This document shows, piece after piece, positions 47,368-56,719 of a stretch of DNA of 64,000 nt (the stretch's first letter is position 1; each line of letters starts with the position of its first letter). Where the stretch lies: positions 32,564 through 96,563 of the forward strand of contig DAOUMV010000014.1 of the NCBI GenBank assembly GCA_034408935.1, in the 5' to 3' direction. This DNA is from Dehalococcoidia bacterium (GTDB lineage Bacteria; Chloroflexota; Dehalococcoidia; SM23-28-2; RBG-16-64-32). The translations under genes were made by a program, and so were the position numbers. The notes beneath the pieces were generated by a model, which worked only from the letters and a program-made list of their open reading frames with translations, was not told the origin of the DNA and ran no database searches.

Positions 47368-48003
47368 ATGAACCTAAGTGACATGCGCGACCGCCTGCGC
47401 AAGGACCTGCACGACGAGGATGCTGCCAACCAGCGCTGGACAGATGCTGAGCTGGACCGCCACATCGGGCGCGCCGTCCGCGAATTCAGCCTCTCGGTGC
47501 CGCTGGAGACGAAGGCCACCCTCAGCGCTACCGCCGATAGCCGTGACCTATCTGTCGCCGGACTTGCCGATCTGGTGGCCATCGAGGCGGTGGAGTACCC
47601 GGTGGGCAACTACCCGCCCTCCTACGTGCCCTTCTCCGTCTGGCTCTCCACCCTCACCATGCTCATCGACTCGCCCCCCGACGCCGTCGAGGATGTCGAT
47701 GTCTACTACACCAAGCTCCATACCCTGGACGCGACGACATCGACGCTGCCCGCGCGGTTCGAGGACGTAGTAGCGACGGGAGCCGCCGCCTACGCCGCCC
47801 TGGAGTGGGCTTCCTTCGCGACCAACCGGGTGAACGTAGGCGGGCAGGACGTCTGGCGCGACTACCTGACGTGGGGCCAACAGCGGCTGGCAGAGTTCCA
47901 GCGGGCGCTGGCCCGCCACGGCCGCCGCAACACCGTCCGCGTGCGGCAGCTCTACCGCGCGGCCACCACGCCCGTGGACCAGTCGACGGTCACGGGGCCG
48001 TAG
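47368..48003 (+). CDS. phage head-tail connector/adaptor-like protein
   Basis: MNLSDMRDRLRKDLHDEDAANQRWTDAELDRHIGRAVREFS. The N-terminus resembles gp6-type connector proteins (hxLEExKxHLRID..DD motif). SD GAAGGGAAT. Confidence 0.4.
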   Translation: MNLSDMRDRLRKDLHDEDAANQRWTDAELDRHIGRAVREFSLSVPLETKATLSATADSRDLSVAGLADLVAIEAVEYPVGNYPPSYVPFSVWLSTLTMLIDSPPDAVEDVDVYYTKLHTLDATTSTLPARFEDVVATGAAAYAALEWASFATNRVNVGGQDVWRDYLTWGQQRLAEFQRALARHGRRNTVRVRQLYRAATTPVDQSTVTGP

Positions 48004-48008
48004 TAGGT

Positions 48009-48428
48009 CTAAGTGGCGGGGAGGGCGCCCAGTTGCTCCATCATCGACGCGGTGTCCGTGACGCCCCAGTGCTCGGCTAGCTTGCCGGCGGCGAAGCGGA
48101 CGATGTCGATCGTGGGTACGTTCACCCTCTTGCCAGTAGCGGCGATTCCGGCGAACTCGCCCTGATGAGTGCCGGTCATGGTGGCGCGCGCCACCACCTT
48201 GTCCCGCTCAGCGATGAGGTCGTCTACGTTCATGCGTAGGTCGGGAAAGCCGGTGCGTAGCAACGAGAAGAACTGCTTGACGCCCTCGCGACCGGTGGCG
48301 AGGCCGGGAAACGCCTCGTGATCGACGAAGTCCGGCGAGGCGAGTTCGTCGATCGCGTTCAGGTTGCCGCCGTTCACGACCTCGTCGTAGAAGCGTCGCA
48401 TCAGGGCCTTGTTCTGTTCGACGGACAT
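48009..48428 (-). CDS. SnoaL-like/ester-cyclase (NTF2-fold) protein
   Basis: Start MSVEQNKALMRRFYDEVVNGGNLNAIDELASPDFVDHE, the ester-cyclase N-terminal pattern. SD GAGGGAGG. Confidence 0.65.
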   Translation of the reverse strand: MSVEQNKALMRRFYDEVVNGGNLNAIDELASPDFVDHEAFPGLATGREGVKQFFSLLRTGFPDLRMNVDDLIAERDKVVARATMTGTHQGEFAGIAATGKRVNVPTIDIVRFAAGKLAEHWGVTDTASMMEQLGALPAT

Positions 48429-48454
48429 CGAGCCTCCCTCGACTGGATTCGAGG

Positions 48455-50527
48455 TTAAGAGCCTTCTTCGCCGGGCGGCTCGGCCGTCGCCGCCGGCGCC
48501 GGCCCGCTGTAGGCCACCGACATGTCCAGCAGCTCCGCCAGGTCGAGTACCTGCATCTCGCGCTCCGCCGCTTGTGGCACCGCGCCCACGCCGTCCTCGA
48601 ACATCTGCATGCAGAAGGGGCAGGCCACGGCGATGATGTCCGCGCCGGTCTCCGCCGCCTCCTCCGTCCGCGCCTGGTTGATGCGCTGGCCGCGGCTCTC
48701 CTCCATCCATGCGTGGAAGCCGCCGGCCCCGCAACAGAACCCCTCCTTCCTCCGGCGCGTCATCTCCTGCGCCTTCGCTCCCGTAGAAGCGAGGACACTG
48801 CGCGGCTCCTCCGTGATGTCGTTGTGGCGCGCCAGATAGCAGGGGTCATGATATGTAGCGATCTTCCCCGATAGACCGTTCCCAGACTGGGTCCTCAGCT
48901 TCCCCTCGGCCACGAGCCGCTGCAGTAGCACCGAGTGGTGGGTCACCTCGTAGTTGCCGTCCAGCTGCGGGTACTCGTGCTTCATGGTGTTGAAGCAGTG
49001 CGGGCACATGGTGATGAGCTTGTGCACGCCCTTGGCCTTGAACACCTCAATGTTGGCCTGAGCCTGCATCTGGAACAGGTACTCGTTTCCCGAGCGGCGC
49101 GCCGGGTCGCCGGAGCACCCCTCCTCGTTGCCCAGCACGCCAAAGCTGACGCCCGCCTCCAGTAGCAGCCGCGCCGTGGCCTTGGTCACCTTGACGTTGC
49201 GCTCCTGGAGGGCGCCGGTGCAGCCCACCCACAGCAAGTACTCCTGGCTGCCGTCAAACACGGGAACCTCCGTCCCTTCCGCCGCCATCTCCTCCATCCA
49301 CGTGGTGCGGGTGAGCTGCGTCCCCCGCCAGGGGTGGCCCCTCTGCTCTAGCTGCGTCAGGGTGGCCTGCGCCGTCTCCGGCATGTTCGATTCCTCCATC
49401 ACCAGGTAGCGGCGCATGTCGATGATGGTGGGCACGTGCTCGATGAACACCGGGCACTCGTACATGCACGCCCCACACGTTACGCAGTCCCATATCGGCT
49501 CGAAGCCGACGCCCTCGATCAGCGGCGTCGGCTGCTCCGGCCGGTGAGTCGTGGGCGACAGGCGCGGCACCTGCTCCTCCAGGAGGTGGCGGATGTCTGA
49601 GATGACCTCCTTCGGCGAGAGCAGCTTGCCGGTGATGTTGGCCGGGCAGGCGGCGGTGCAGCGGCCGCACTCCGTGCACGTGTAGGAGTCCAGCATCTGC
49701 TTCCAGGTGAACGCCTCCAGCTTGCCCGCCCCGAAGCTCTCCGCCGTCTCGAAGTCCTTGATGGGCCGGAGGATGCCGGTGGGCTCGAGGCGGCGGAAGA
49801 AGACGTTGAACGCGATGGTGAGGACGTGGGAGTGCTTGGAGTACGGCAGGTAGACCAGGAATACCAGGAAGGTCACAAGATGCGAGTACCACCAGGCGAC
49901 ATGGAACAGCTCCATTCCCTGGCCGGTGAAGCCGATCTCATCCCACAGCTCCGCGAAACCATAGGCCACGAACGACGCCCACTCGTGGTTGGGGCGATCG
50001 AGGGCGATCTCCGCGCTGTTAGCGAATACGTCGGTCACCATCATCCAGGCGATCAGACCTAGGAGGATCCAGCCGTCGATGTTCAGGGTCATCCGCTGCG
50101 GCCGCCAGATGAGGCGCTGCCATGCCGCCATGAGGACCCCAACGATGACGAGCACGTTGAAGGCGTCCATCACCGGTCGCCAGCCTACGGTGTAGATGTC
50201 GCCGAGGGCACTCTCCAGACTGATGTCCTCGTGGATACCGTTGAGCAGGAAGTTCAGGGTGCGCACCTGGAGGACAAGAAAGCCCCAGAAGATGAGGAGA
50301 TGCAGGGTACCGGAGTACCAGTACTTGGGCCGCGCTATCCGGGCGTTGCCCAGCACAAAGGGGATGAGGCCCAGGGCCCGCCGGATCGGCTCGCCGAAGC
50401 GGTTGATCCACTGGCCCCGCGTGAGCCAGTGGAATCGTATCCCCGTCGAATAGATGAAGAAGGCTATGAAGCCGAAGAAAGTGATCGCGTAGAAGAGGTT
50501 GCCCGGGAACTCGGTGGATGGTGCCAT
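48455..50527 (-). CDS. membrane-bound Fe-S oxidoreductase: NarI-like heme-b membrane domain fused to 4Fe-4S ferredoxin + two CCG (HdrD/GlpC-like) domains
   Basis: Start set at MAPSTEFPGN (SD GAGGGGTG). 5 TM helices at the N-terminus. CTECGRCTAACP and CVTCGACMYECP ferredoxin motifs. Two C-terminal Cys-rich CCG-like regions (CPHCFNTM..., CCGAGG...CPFCMQM). Confidence 0.8.
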   Translation of the reverse strand: MAPSTEFPGNLFYAITFFGFIAFFIYSTGIRFHWLTRGQWINRFGEPIRRALGLIPFVLGNARIARPKYWYSGTLHLLIFWGFLVLQVRTLNFLLNGIHEDISLESALGDIYTVGWRPVMDAFNVLVIVGVLMAAWQRLIWRPQRMTLNIDGWILLGLIAWMMVTDVFANSAEIALDRPNHEWASFVAYGFAELWDEIGFTGQGMELFHVAWWYSHLVTFLVFLVYLPYSKHSHVLTIAFNVFFRRLEPTGILRPIKDFETAESFGAGKLEAFTWKQMLDSYTCTECGRCTAACPANITGKLLSPKEVISDIRHLLEEQVPRLSPTTHRPEQPTPLIEGVGFEPIWDCVTCGACMYECPVFIEHVPTIIDMRRYLVMEESNMPETAQATLTQLEQRGHPWRGTQLTRTTWMEEMAAEGTEVPVFDGSQEYLLWVGCTGALQERNVKVTKATARLLLEAGVSFGVLGNEEGCSGDPARRSGNEYLFQMQAQANIEVFKAKGVHKLITMCPHCFNTMKHEYPQLDGNYEVTHHSVLLQRLVAEGKLRTQSGNGLSGKIATYHDPCYLARHNDITEEPRSVLASTGAKAQEMTRRRKEGFCCGAGGFHAWMEESRGQRINQARTEEAAETGADIIAVACPFCMQMFEDGVGAVPQAAEREMQVLDLAELLDMSVAYSGPAPAATAEPPGEEGS

Positions 50528-50681
50528 GTCACCCCTCGATTTGCATGGGGCCCGCTTCCTAAACTCGCGACCCAATGATAGCGGCGAGCCTATCGACGGT
50601 CAAACGAAAGGCGGGCCTGGCTGCAGGCCCTCCGGTCACTGTAGTATGGTATACGCACCCCGGATGCTGTGGAGGTGGCGC

Positions 50682-51896
50682 ATGTCTATGCCTCTGGCCA
50701 TCGAAGGTGGCACGCCGGTACGGCAAAAGCCTTTCCCATCTTGGCCAATCCACGATGAGCAGGAGGTACGGGCCGTCCGCGAAGTGCTCGAAAGCGGGAA
50801 CTGGGGGGGCTTCCCATCGCCCGACCGGGCCGCTCAGTTCGCCCAAGCATTCGCCTCCTATCACACCGCACGCTACGGCATCTGCACTACCAGCGGCACG
50901 ACAGCGCTCCAGGTCGCCCTGAAAGCGGCCAGCGTCGGGCCCGGCGACGAGGTGATCGTCCCTGCTCTCACCTTCATGGCGACAGCGGCCGCTGCCCTGT
51001 ACATCGGCGCCGTCCCCGTCTTCGTTGATATCGATCCCGACACGTGGTGCCTCGACCCGGATGAGCTTGAGAAGACAGCCTCCGAGCGGACGAGGGCCGT
51101 TGTCCCCGTCCATCTCGGCTCTCGCATGGCCGATATGGACCGAATCATGGCGCTGGCGCGGAGACACGGAATCCCGGTGATCGAGGATTGCGCCCACATG
51201 CACGGCGGCTTCTGGCGAGACAAAGGCGCCGGCTCTATCGGCGACTTGGGCTGCTTCAGCTTTCAGAGCACGAAGCTCATGACCGCCGGGGAGGGGGGCA
51301 TAACCCTGACCAGCGACGAGGGGTTGGAGGAGCGCTGCCAGTCCTACATCAACTGCGGTCGCGTAAGGCCTAGCGATCGGCATGTCTCACCGCAGGAAAT
51401 CCTCGGCTGGAACCTCCGCACGACGGAGCTTCAGGCAGCCATTCTCCTCGTCCACCTCAAGCGGCTGCCGCAGCAGGTGAAGGTGCGGGCGGAGAATGCG
51501 CGCTACCTCACTGACCGCCTGGGGGAGATTGAGGGCGTCGCAACCCTCAAGGAGGACGAGCGGATGACGGTCCGGTCGGGATACGGGTTCTACTTCAAGT
51601 ACTGCCCGGAGGTCTGTGGCAACGTCCCCCGCGATACATTCGTCGCGGCCCTCCAAGCGGAAGGTATCCCTGCCTCCGGCGCTTTCTACGAGCCGGTGTA
51701 CAGGAGCCCCCTGTTCGGCTGGCGCGACGCGCCGATCCAAGTGGACTATAGCGAAACCCACTGCCCGGTGGCTGAGCGCGCCGCCTATATGGAGAGCGTC
51801 TGGCTTCCTCACGAGCTCTTCCTGGGCACCCGTCAGGAGATGGACGACATCGCCGCCGCGATCGAGAAGGTGACGGCGGCGTGGCGGGTTGAGTAG
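50682..51896 (+). CDS. DegT/DnrJ/EryC1/StrS-family PLP-dependent (sugar) aminotransferase
   Basis: Start MSMPLAIEGG (SD GGAGGTGG). ...CTTSGTTALQVAL...DCAHMHGG...FSFQSTKLMTAGEGG (the K in STKL is the PLP lysine). Confidence 0.85.
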   Translation: MSMPLAIEGGTPVRQKPFPSWPIHDEQEVRAVREVLESGNWGGFPSPDRAAQFAQAFASYHTARYGICTTSGTTALQVALKAASVGPGDEVIVPALTFMATAAAALYIGAVPVFVDIDPDTWCLDPDELEKTASERTRAVVPVHLGSRMADMDRIMALARRHGIPVIEDCAHMHGGFWRDKGAGSIGDLGCFSFQSTKLMTAGEGGITLTSDEGLEERCQSYINCGRVRPSDRHVSPQEILGWNLRTTELQAAILLVHLKRLPQQVKVRAENARYLTDRLGEIEGVATLKEDERMTVRSGYGFYFKYCPEVCGNVPRDTFVAALQAEGIPASGAFYEPVYRSPLFGWRDAPIQVDYSETHCPVAERAAYMESVWLPHELFLGTRQEMDDIAAAIEKVTAAWRVE

Positions 51897-52083
51897 CGCC
51901 CGGGCTCCTATCCCCGTCGGCATCAACCGAAGGGATCCGGAGGGAGGGTCTCCCCTTCGACGGCGCACAACAGGCGAAGGTACCGATTGACACGTGGGGA
52001 TTGATGCGCCATGCCCGGAGCTTGGTCCTGCCTGACGACCGCCGGTGACCCCCACCACCACGACCGACTATAATCAACCCGCC

Positions 52084-53310
52084 ATGGCCATCGACATCCG
52101 CCCCGTAGCCGAGGAAGATCTCGGCCGCGCCCACTTCATCATGGCCTATTCCTTCACCTCCGACCGCTCCCATGAGGCCCGCGAGCGGCTGAAGCATGTG
52201 GAGGCTATGGGCCCCACCATCGCCCTGTACGAGGACGGCCAGATGGCGGCCTGCCTCCGCATCCTCCCCCTCCGCATGTTGATCCACGGTGCCTCCATCC
52301 CCCTCGCCGGCGTCTCCAGCGTCGCATGCCTCCCCGAACACCGCCGCAAGGGCTACGCCGGCCAGCTCCTGCAACACGCACTCGCCCTCATGAGAGAGCA
52401 GGGCCAACCGCTGTCATCCCTGTGGACCCCGCACCCAACCCTCTACCGCCGCTACGGCTGGATGATCGCCTCCAGCGCCCTCCGCTACTCGTTCGATCCT
52501 AAGGACATCGCTCCGGCCAATCCCGCCCCGCCCGAAGGCTCCGCCTACCGCGTCACCGAAGAAGACTGGCCCACTGTCGCCGGGGTGTACAGGCGATTCG
52601 CCGCGCCCCGCAACGGCTACCTGGATCGCGACGAGCAATGGTGGAAGGAGGCGTTCTTCCGCCGCCTGTACGACGAGAAGCGCCGCCCAAACGACGTGGC
52701 CGTGTGGGCGGACGGGAAAGGCCAGCCCCGCGGCTACCTGGCGTACTTCAGCGCCCGCGAGCACCGCTTGGCCGGCCCACCCAGCGACAGCCTAGCCCTC
52801 CAGGAGTTTGTCGCGTTGGACAGCGCCGCCTATCTTGGGCTCCTTCGCTATCTCCTCGCCCACGACCTGGCCGAGGAGATCGCCTGGTTCGGTCCCATCG
52901 ACGAGCCGTTCATCGCCGCCATCGACGAGCCTGGGAGGGTCAAGCGGGCGCACCACTACGGCTTCATGCTGCGCATCGTCGACCTGGAGAAGGCTATCGC
53001 CGCGCGGCCGCCTTCCGCGGAGACCCTTGAAGGCTCCTTCACCGTCCACATCGCCGATCCGTCCGCGCCCTGGAACCGGGACCTCTGGCGCATCGGGTGC
53101 TCCGATGGACGGCTGGCGGCCTCCAAGGCGGACGGCACTCCCGACCTCTCCACGGACGCTGCCGCCTTCGCCGCCATGTACAACGGCTTCCTCCGGCCCA
53201 GCGAGGCCGCCCGCTCCGGTCTGGCCGAGGTCAGCGACCCCAAGGCCGCCGCCCTCGCCGACCGCATACTGGCGGCAGACTATCCGCCGTACTCATCTGA
53301 GTTCTTCTAG
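52084..53310 (+). CDS. Eis-like GNAT acetyltransferase with C-terminal SCP2-like domain
   Basis: Start MAIDIRPVAEEDLGRAHFIMAYSF...PEHRRKGYAGQLLQHAL (GNAT) plus a ~150-aa C-terminal region as in Eis-family proteins. An upstream GTG at 52045 is also possible. Confidence 0.65.
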   Translation: MAIDIRPVAEEDLGRAHFIMAYSFTSDRSHEARERLKHVEAMGPTIALYEDGQMAACLRILPLRMLIHGASIPLAGVSSVACLPEHRRKGYAGQLLQHALALMREQGQPLSSLWTPHPTLYRRYGWMIASSALRYSFDPKDIAPANPAPPEGSAYRVTEEDWPTVAGVYRRFAAPRNGYLDRDEQWWKEAFFRRLYDEKRRPNDVAVWADGKGQPRGYLAYFSAREHRLAGPPSDSLALQEFVALDSAAYLGLLRYLLAHDLAEEIAWFGPIDEPFIAAIDEPGRVKRAHHYGFMLRIVDLEKAIAARPPSAETLEGSFTVHIADPSAPWNRDLWRIGCSDGRLAASKADGTPDLSTDAAAFAAMYNGFLRPSEAARSGLAEVSDPKAAALADRILAADYPPYSSEFF

Positions 53311-53373
53311 ACGAAGTGCGAGCGGTCCGCGCGTTTGCGTTTCGTTCCGGCCCTGCGGTAGTCTGACAGGGCG

Positions 53374-53682
53374 ATGGCTTCCCCCCGAGAGAAACTGCAA
53401 GGTCGGCTGGAGGTGCTGGCGGGTCTGCGCGGCCGCGGTCCCGTCTCCTACGACTACGGCCAGTGGGTGGACGGGACGCATCGCCTCCTAGTTACCCTTT
53501 TCGGAGAGGAGTCGCCCCAGACCGGGGGATTCCTGGAGGTGGTAGGTGAAGGCGCGGAAGCCCGCGGCTGGGGCCTGCCTCTAGCGCCGGGAAACCCCTG
53601 GGGCATGCAGGCCCGTCTGGATCGCGCTGAGGACTACCTGCGGGACGTGCTCGCCTCTGTAGGAGAGAAGTCCAAAGCTTAG
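53374..53682 (+). CDS. hypothetical protein
   Basis: 102-aa ORF. Weak evidence. Confidence 0.3.
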   Translation: MASPREKLQGRLEVLAGLRGRGPVSYDYGQWVDGTHRLLVTLFGEESPQTGGFLEVVGEGAEARGWGLPLAPGNPWGMQARLDRAEDYLRDVLASVGEKSKA

Positions 53683-54374
53683 GTGGGGGCCGCCTTAGCC
53701 CGCGCCGCCGCCACTACCAGCTCCGCTCCCACCTCATAGGTGAGGTGCGAGGTCTCCAGCGTGATGTCGTACAGCGTCGGGTCGTTCACGTCCACCTTCC
53801 AGAACTTCCGGTAGAACGCGAGTCGCGCCCGATCGCTGTCCTGGGTCCGCCGCGCCGCTTCCTCCTGCGATATCCCGTCGCGGTCGGCGAGGCGCTCGAT
53901 GCGCAGCTCCTGAGGGGCGAGGGTCAGGACATGCAGCGCCCCCGGCAGGTCGCGCAGGATCATCTGGCTACCTCGCCCTAGCACCACGACATCCCCTCGC
54001 TCACCCAGATCGCGGATGATCGCCGTCACCGTCTTCATGTAGAGGGAGTCGCTGACCTGCGGCTCTTCGCGCTCCACGGCCATCTCCGCGTAGGTGCGGC
54101 CTAGCAGGACCTCCAGCCCGCTGGCGCCGGTCAAGGGGTCGCCCGCGGCGGCGGAGCGCTCCAGGAAGCCCCGAAGGACCGAGGCCAGACGCTCGCCCAG
54201 GCTGGAGCAGCGCTCGTCGTGGCAGGCCACGACGTCCACGGGGACACCAAGGCGCCTAGCGGCGTCGACCAGGAGTTGCTGGTCGACGTAGTCGGTTCCA
54301 AGCAGGGATGCCACGGCCCGCCCGATCTCGCGGGCGCCGCTGGCGATCGTCCCGGACATGGTCACTACCGGCAT
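53679..54374 (-). CDS. cytidylate-kinase-like family protein (P-loop NTPase)
   Basis: Start MPVVTMSGTIASGAREIGRAV (SD GGAGGAGGAG). Pattern resembles the cytidylate kinase-like family. Confidence 0.55.
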   Translation of the reverse strand: MPVVTMSGTIASGAREIGRAVASLLGTDYVDQQLLVDAARRLGVPVDVVACHDERCSSLGERLASVLRGFLERSAAAGDPLTGASGLEVLLGRTYAEMAVEREEPQVSDSLYMKTVTAIIRDLGERGDVVVLGRGSQMILRDLPGALHVLTLAPQELRIERLADRDGISQEEAARRTQDSDRARLAFYRKFWKVDVNDPTLYDITLETSHLTYEVGAELVVAAARAKAAPT

Positions 54375-54502
54375 CTCTGCTCCTCCTCCACCCTCCCAAC
54401 TGCGCCTCCAGCCGCGCCCCCAGAGGCGCCACCAGTATACAGCCCACTGCCGCCCTGTCAAGAGGACGGCTGGGAAGCCCATTCGGTTACAATTGGGCTG
54501 CC

Positions 54503-55312
54503 ATGAGTAGTAATGACACGCGGGAAGAGGCGTACCGCCTGCCTCTCTCCTACATCCTCCGCTTCATCGTGGCTGTGCTCCTGGGAAGGAAGCGCGACCT
54601 GGGGCGCGATGCCAGGGGCACACTAATGACGGCCAGGCCCAAACCCAAGGTCTTGGACGACCACCACGTCCCTTCGGAGGGGCCGTTCGTGTTCGTGGCC
54701 AACCACTACGAACGGCCCGGCCTGAAGGTCTGGTGGGGCGGCATGCTGGCCACCACCGCCATCTACGAGCGGCGGCAGAGCCAGCGCACGCTGCGCTGGC
54801 TCATGACCAGCGAATGGTACGGTTTCCGCCTTGGCGGGGTCGTCCCGGTGCCGACATGGCTCGTGCGCTGGCTGTTCCGCCGCATCGCCAACGTCTACGG
54901 CCTCGTCATCGTACCCCGCTCTCCCGAGCAGCGGGTGGGCCGCGCCGCCGCCATGCGCGCCATCATGGAGGTGACGAAGAGGCAGGGCGACCCGATAGGC
55001 CTGTACCCGGAGGGCATGGGTCGCGAGGTTCTGATCGAAGCGATGCCCGGCACCGGCCTGTTCCTCAACTCACTCAGCAGGCGGGGCATCCCCCTCCTGC
55101 CCTGCGGCATCTATGAGGAGGAGAGCATCCTCACCGCCCGCTTTGGCCCACCGTTCTTCGTCGATCTGCCCGACACCGCCGCCAAGGAGGAGCGAGACCG
55201 CGTGGCGCGGGAGCAGGTGATGGCGCGTATCGGCCGTCTGCTGCCCCGGCCCATGTGGGGCCCCTACATCCTGGCCGTCGAGGAGCTGCTGGCCCGCAGA
55301 CCGGTGGCCTAG
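54503..55312 (+). CDS. putative lysophospholipid acyltransferase-family protein
   Basis: Start MSSNDTREEAYRLPLSYILRF...FVFVANHYERPG...LYPEGMGRE resembles the NHx4D / xPEGx acyltransferase blocks, though with H-Y-E-R spacing. Confidence 0.5.
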   Translation: MSSNDTREEAYRLPLSYILRFIVAVLLGRKRDLGRDARGTLMTARPKPKVLDDHHVPSEGPFVFVANHYERPGLKVWWGGMLATTAIYERRQSQRTLRWLMTSEWYGFRLGGVVPVPTWLVRWLFRRIANVYGLVIVPRSPEQRVGRAAAMRAIMEVTKRQGDPIGLYPEGMGREVLIEAMPGTGLFLNSLSRRGIPLLPCGIYEEESILTARFGPPFFVDLPDTAAKEERDRVAREQVMARIGRLLPRPMWGPYILAVEELLARRPVA

Positions 55313-56313
55313 CCGGCCTCCTCCGGCACCGCCTCAGTCGCTTCGGGCTCGCCCGGCGCCTCGGTCGCCTCAGCCTCCCCCGGTGCCTCGGTCGCCTCGG
55401 CCTCCGGGATCACCGTTGCCCCTTCCTGTGGGGTTACCTCCGCCTCCTCGGGCCCGAATTGGATTGCGACAACGTCGCCATGCTGGGGGATGTAGTCGCT
55501 CCAGTCGTTCATCTTCACGCCGTTGACCGACACCTGGAGCATCGCCTCAGAGCCATCGTCGCACGTGTCTCCGTTCCTATACTCCTTGCGGCTGCCGGGC
55601 ATGCGCATCTCCGTCTGCGTCAGCTTGCCGCCCCCGTACTCGAACCACTTCACCAGGCGAGCGCCCTTGCCTTCCTCGGACGCTATCCGAGGTTGGAGGT
55701 AGATGACGCCGTCGCCGTTGGTGGTGACACCGCCCACCCAGCCGTCGAAAGGGGCCTGGGTCTGGCCGCAGATCTCAACGGAGTAGGTGGCCTGCCAGCT
55801 GTCCCCGATGTGGGGTGGGGGGCCCTCGCCCCACGGCTCGATGAACAGAACCGCCAGGATGCCAAAGACCACGGCGATGATAAACGCCACCGGGACCCAG
55901 GGCGGCAGGTGCAGGCTCCGGACACGCCGCCAGGTTTGCCCCAACGTTTGCCTGGGCATCGGCTGCTCACGATAGGTTCGGGTCCGGCCCCGGCGCCAGA
56001 AACTGAGGGGCGAGACGTCCGCAGGCGTTGCGGCGGTCGGCCGCTCTTCGCGGCCTTGCTCTCGGCGCTCGCGCGCCTTCTCCTCCTTGCGGCGGCCGCG
56101 GCGCCCAAAGCGAAACCGCGGCCGCGAGGGCAGCACCCCCGGCGCCTCGCTCTCCTCCGCTACCTCGGGCTGCCCCTCCTCCTGCCTCTTCTCTGGAACC
56201 CCGGCTGGGAGATCTCCGCCGCCACGGCCACGGCGACGGCCCCGTCTCCTCCTTCTCCGTCCTTCTGCCAAACTAGACTCTCCTTTTGTCTCCCTCAACC
56301 AGCAGGCCGACAT
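55309..56313 (-). CDS. hypothetical membrane-anchored protein with Arg/Gly-rich N-terminus and C-terminal EATEAPGE tandem repeats
   Basis: 334-aa ORF. One TM helix (VAFIIAVVFGILAVLFI). C-terminal three copies of ATEAPGE(A/P)E encoded by 24-nt DNA repeats (55330-55400). Start uncertain. Confidence 0.4.
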   Translation of the reverse strand: MSACWLRETKGESSLAEGRRRRRRGRRRGRGGGDLPAGVPEKRQEEGQPEVAEESEAPGVLPSRPRFRFGRRGRRKEEKARERREQGREERPTAATPADVSPLSFWRRGRTRTYREQPMPRQTLGQTWRRVRSLHLPPWVPVAFIIAVVFGILAVLFIEPWGEGPPPHIGDSWQATYSVEICGQTQAPFDGWVGGVTTNGDGVIYLQPRIASEEGKGARLVKWFEYGGGKLTQTEMRMPGSRKEYRNGDTCDDGSEAMLQVSVNGVKMNDWSDYIPQHGDVVAIQFGPEEAEVTPQEGATVIPEAEATEAPGEAEATEAPGEPEATEAVPEEAG

Positions 56314-56719
56314 CTCGCGCCCGGTAGTGTTCGTCCAACTTCACCTGATGGCCCCGGCACCTCAGCCCTTCTGCCACGAAATCCGTGAGGCACGTCGGTT
56401 CGTCGCTGCCTAAGGCGATACGCAAAGTCTGCTTCGATCCGAAAGAAGGGCTAGAGTGATCCTATCGCAATTATAGGGGCGCAGTCTGACTCTTGCCAAA
56501 CTTCCGCCCTTCGTTGCGCGAGACCTCCCGGCCGCCCCGCGTCCACCACCGTGCCAGATTGCCGCCGCGCCCGTCCGGCCGCTCCCGGCAGCACTGTCGG
56601 CGCCAACGTTAGCTGTATGTCAGAGTTGACAGCTCCGGCTGGCTGACCGTTGACACCGCCTCAGCCTGAGGAGTCTAATGTAGGATGGCCACGACGGAAG
56701 CACCGCAAGGAGCGAGAAC

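Noticed and set aside
52045-52083. GTG start at 52045 for the Eis-like gene
   Set aside because: It adds 13 Thr/Pro-rich residues with no SD. ATG at 52084 (MAIDIRP) fits the family N-terminus better. Either start remains possible.
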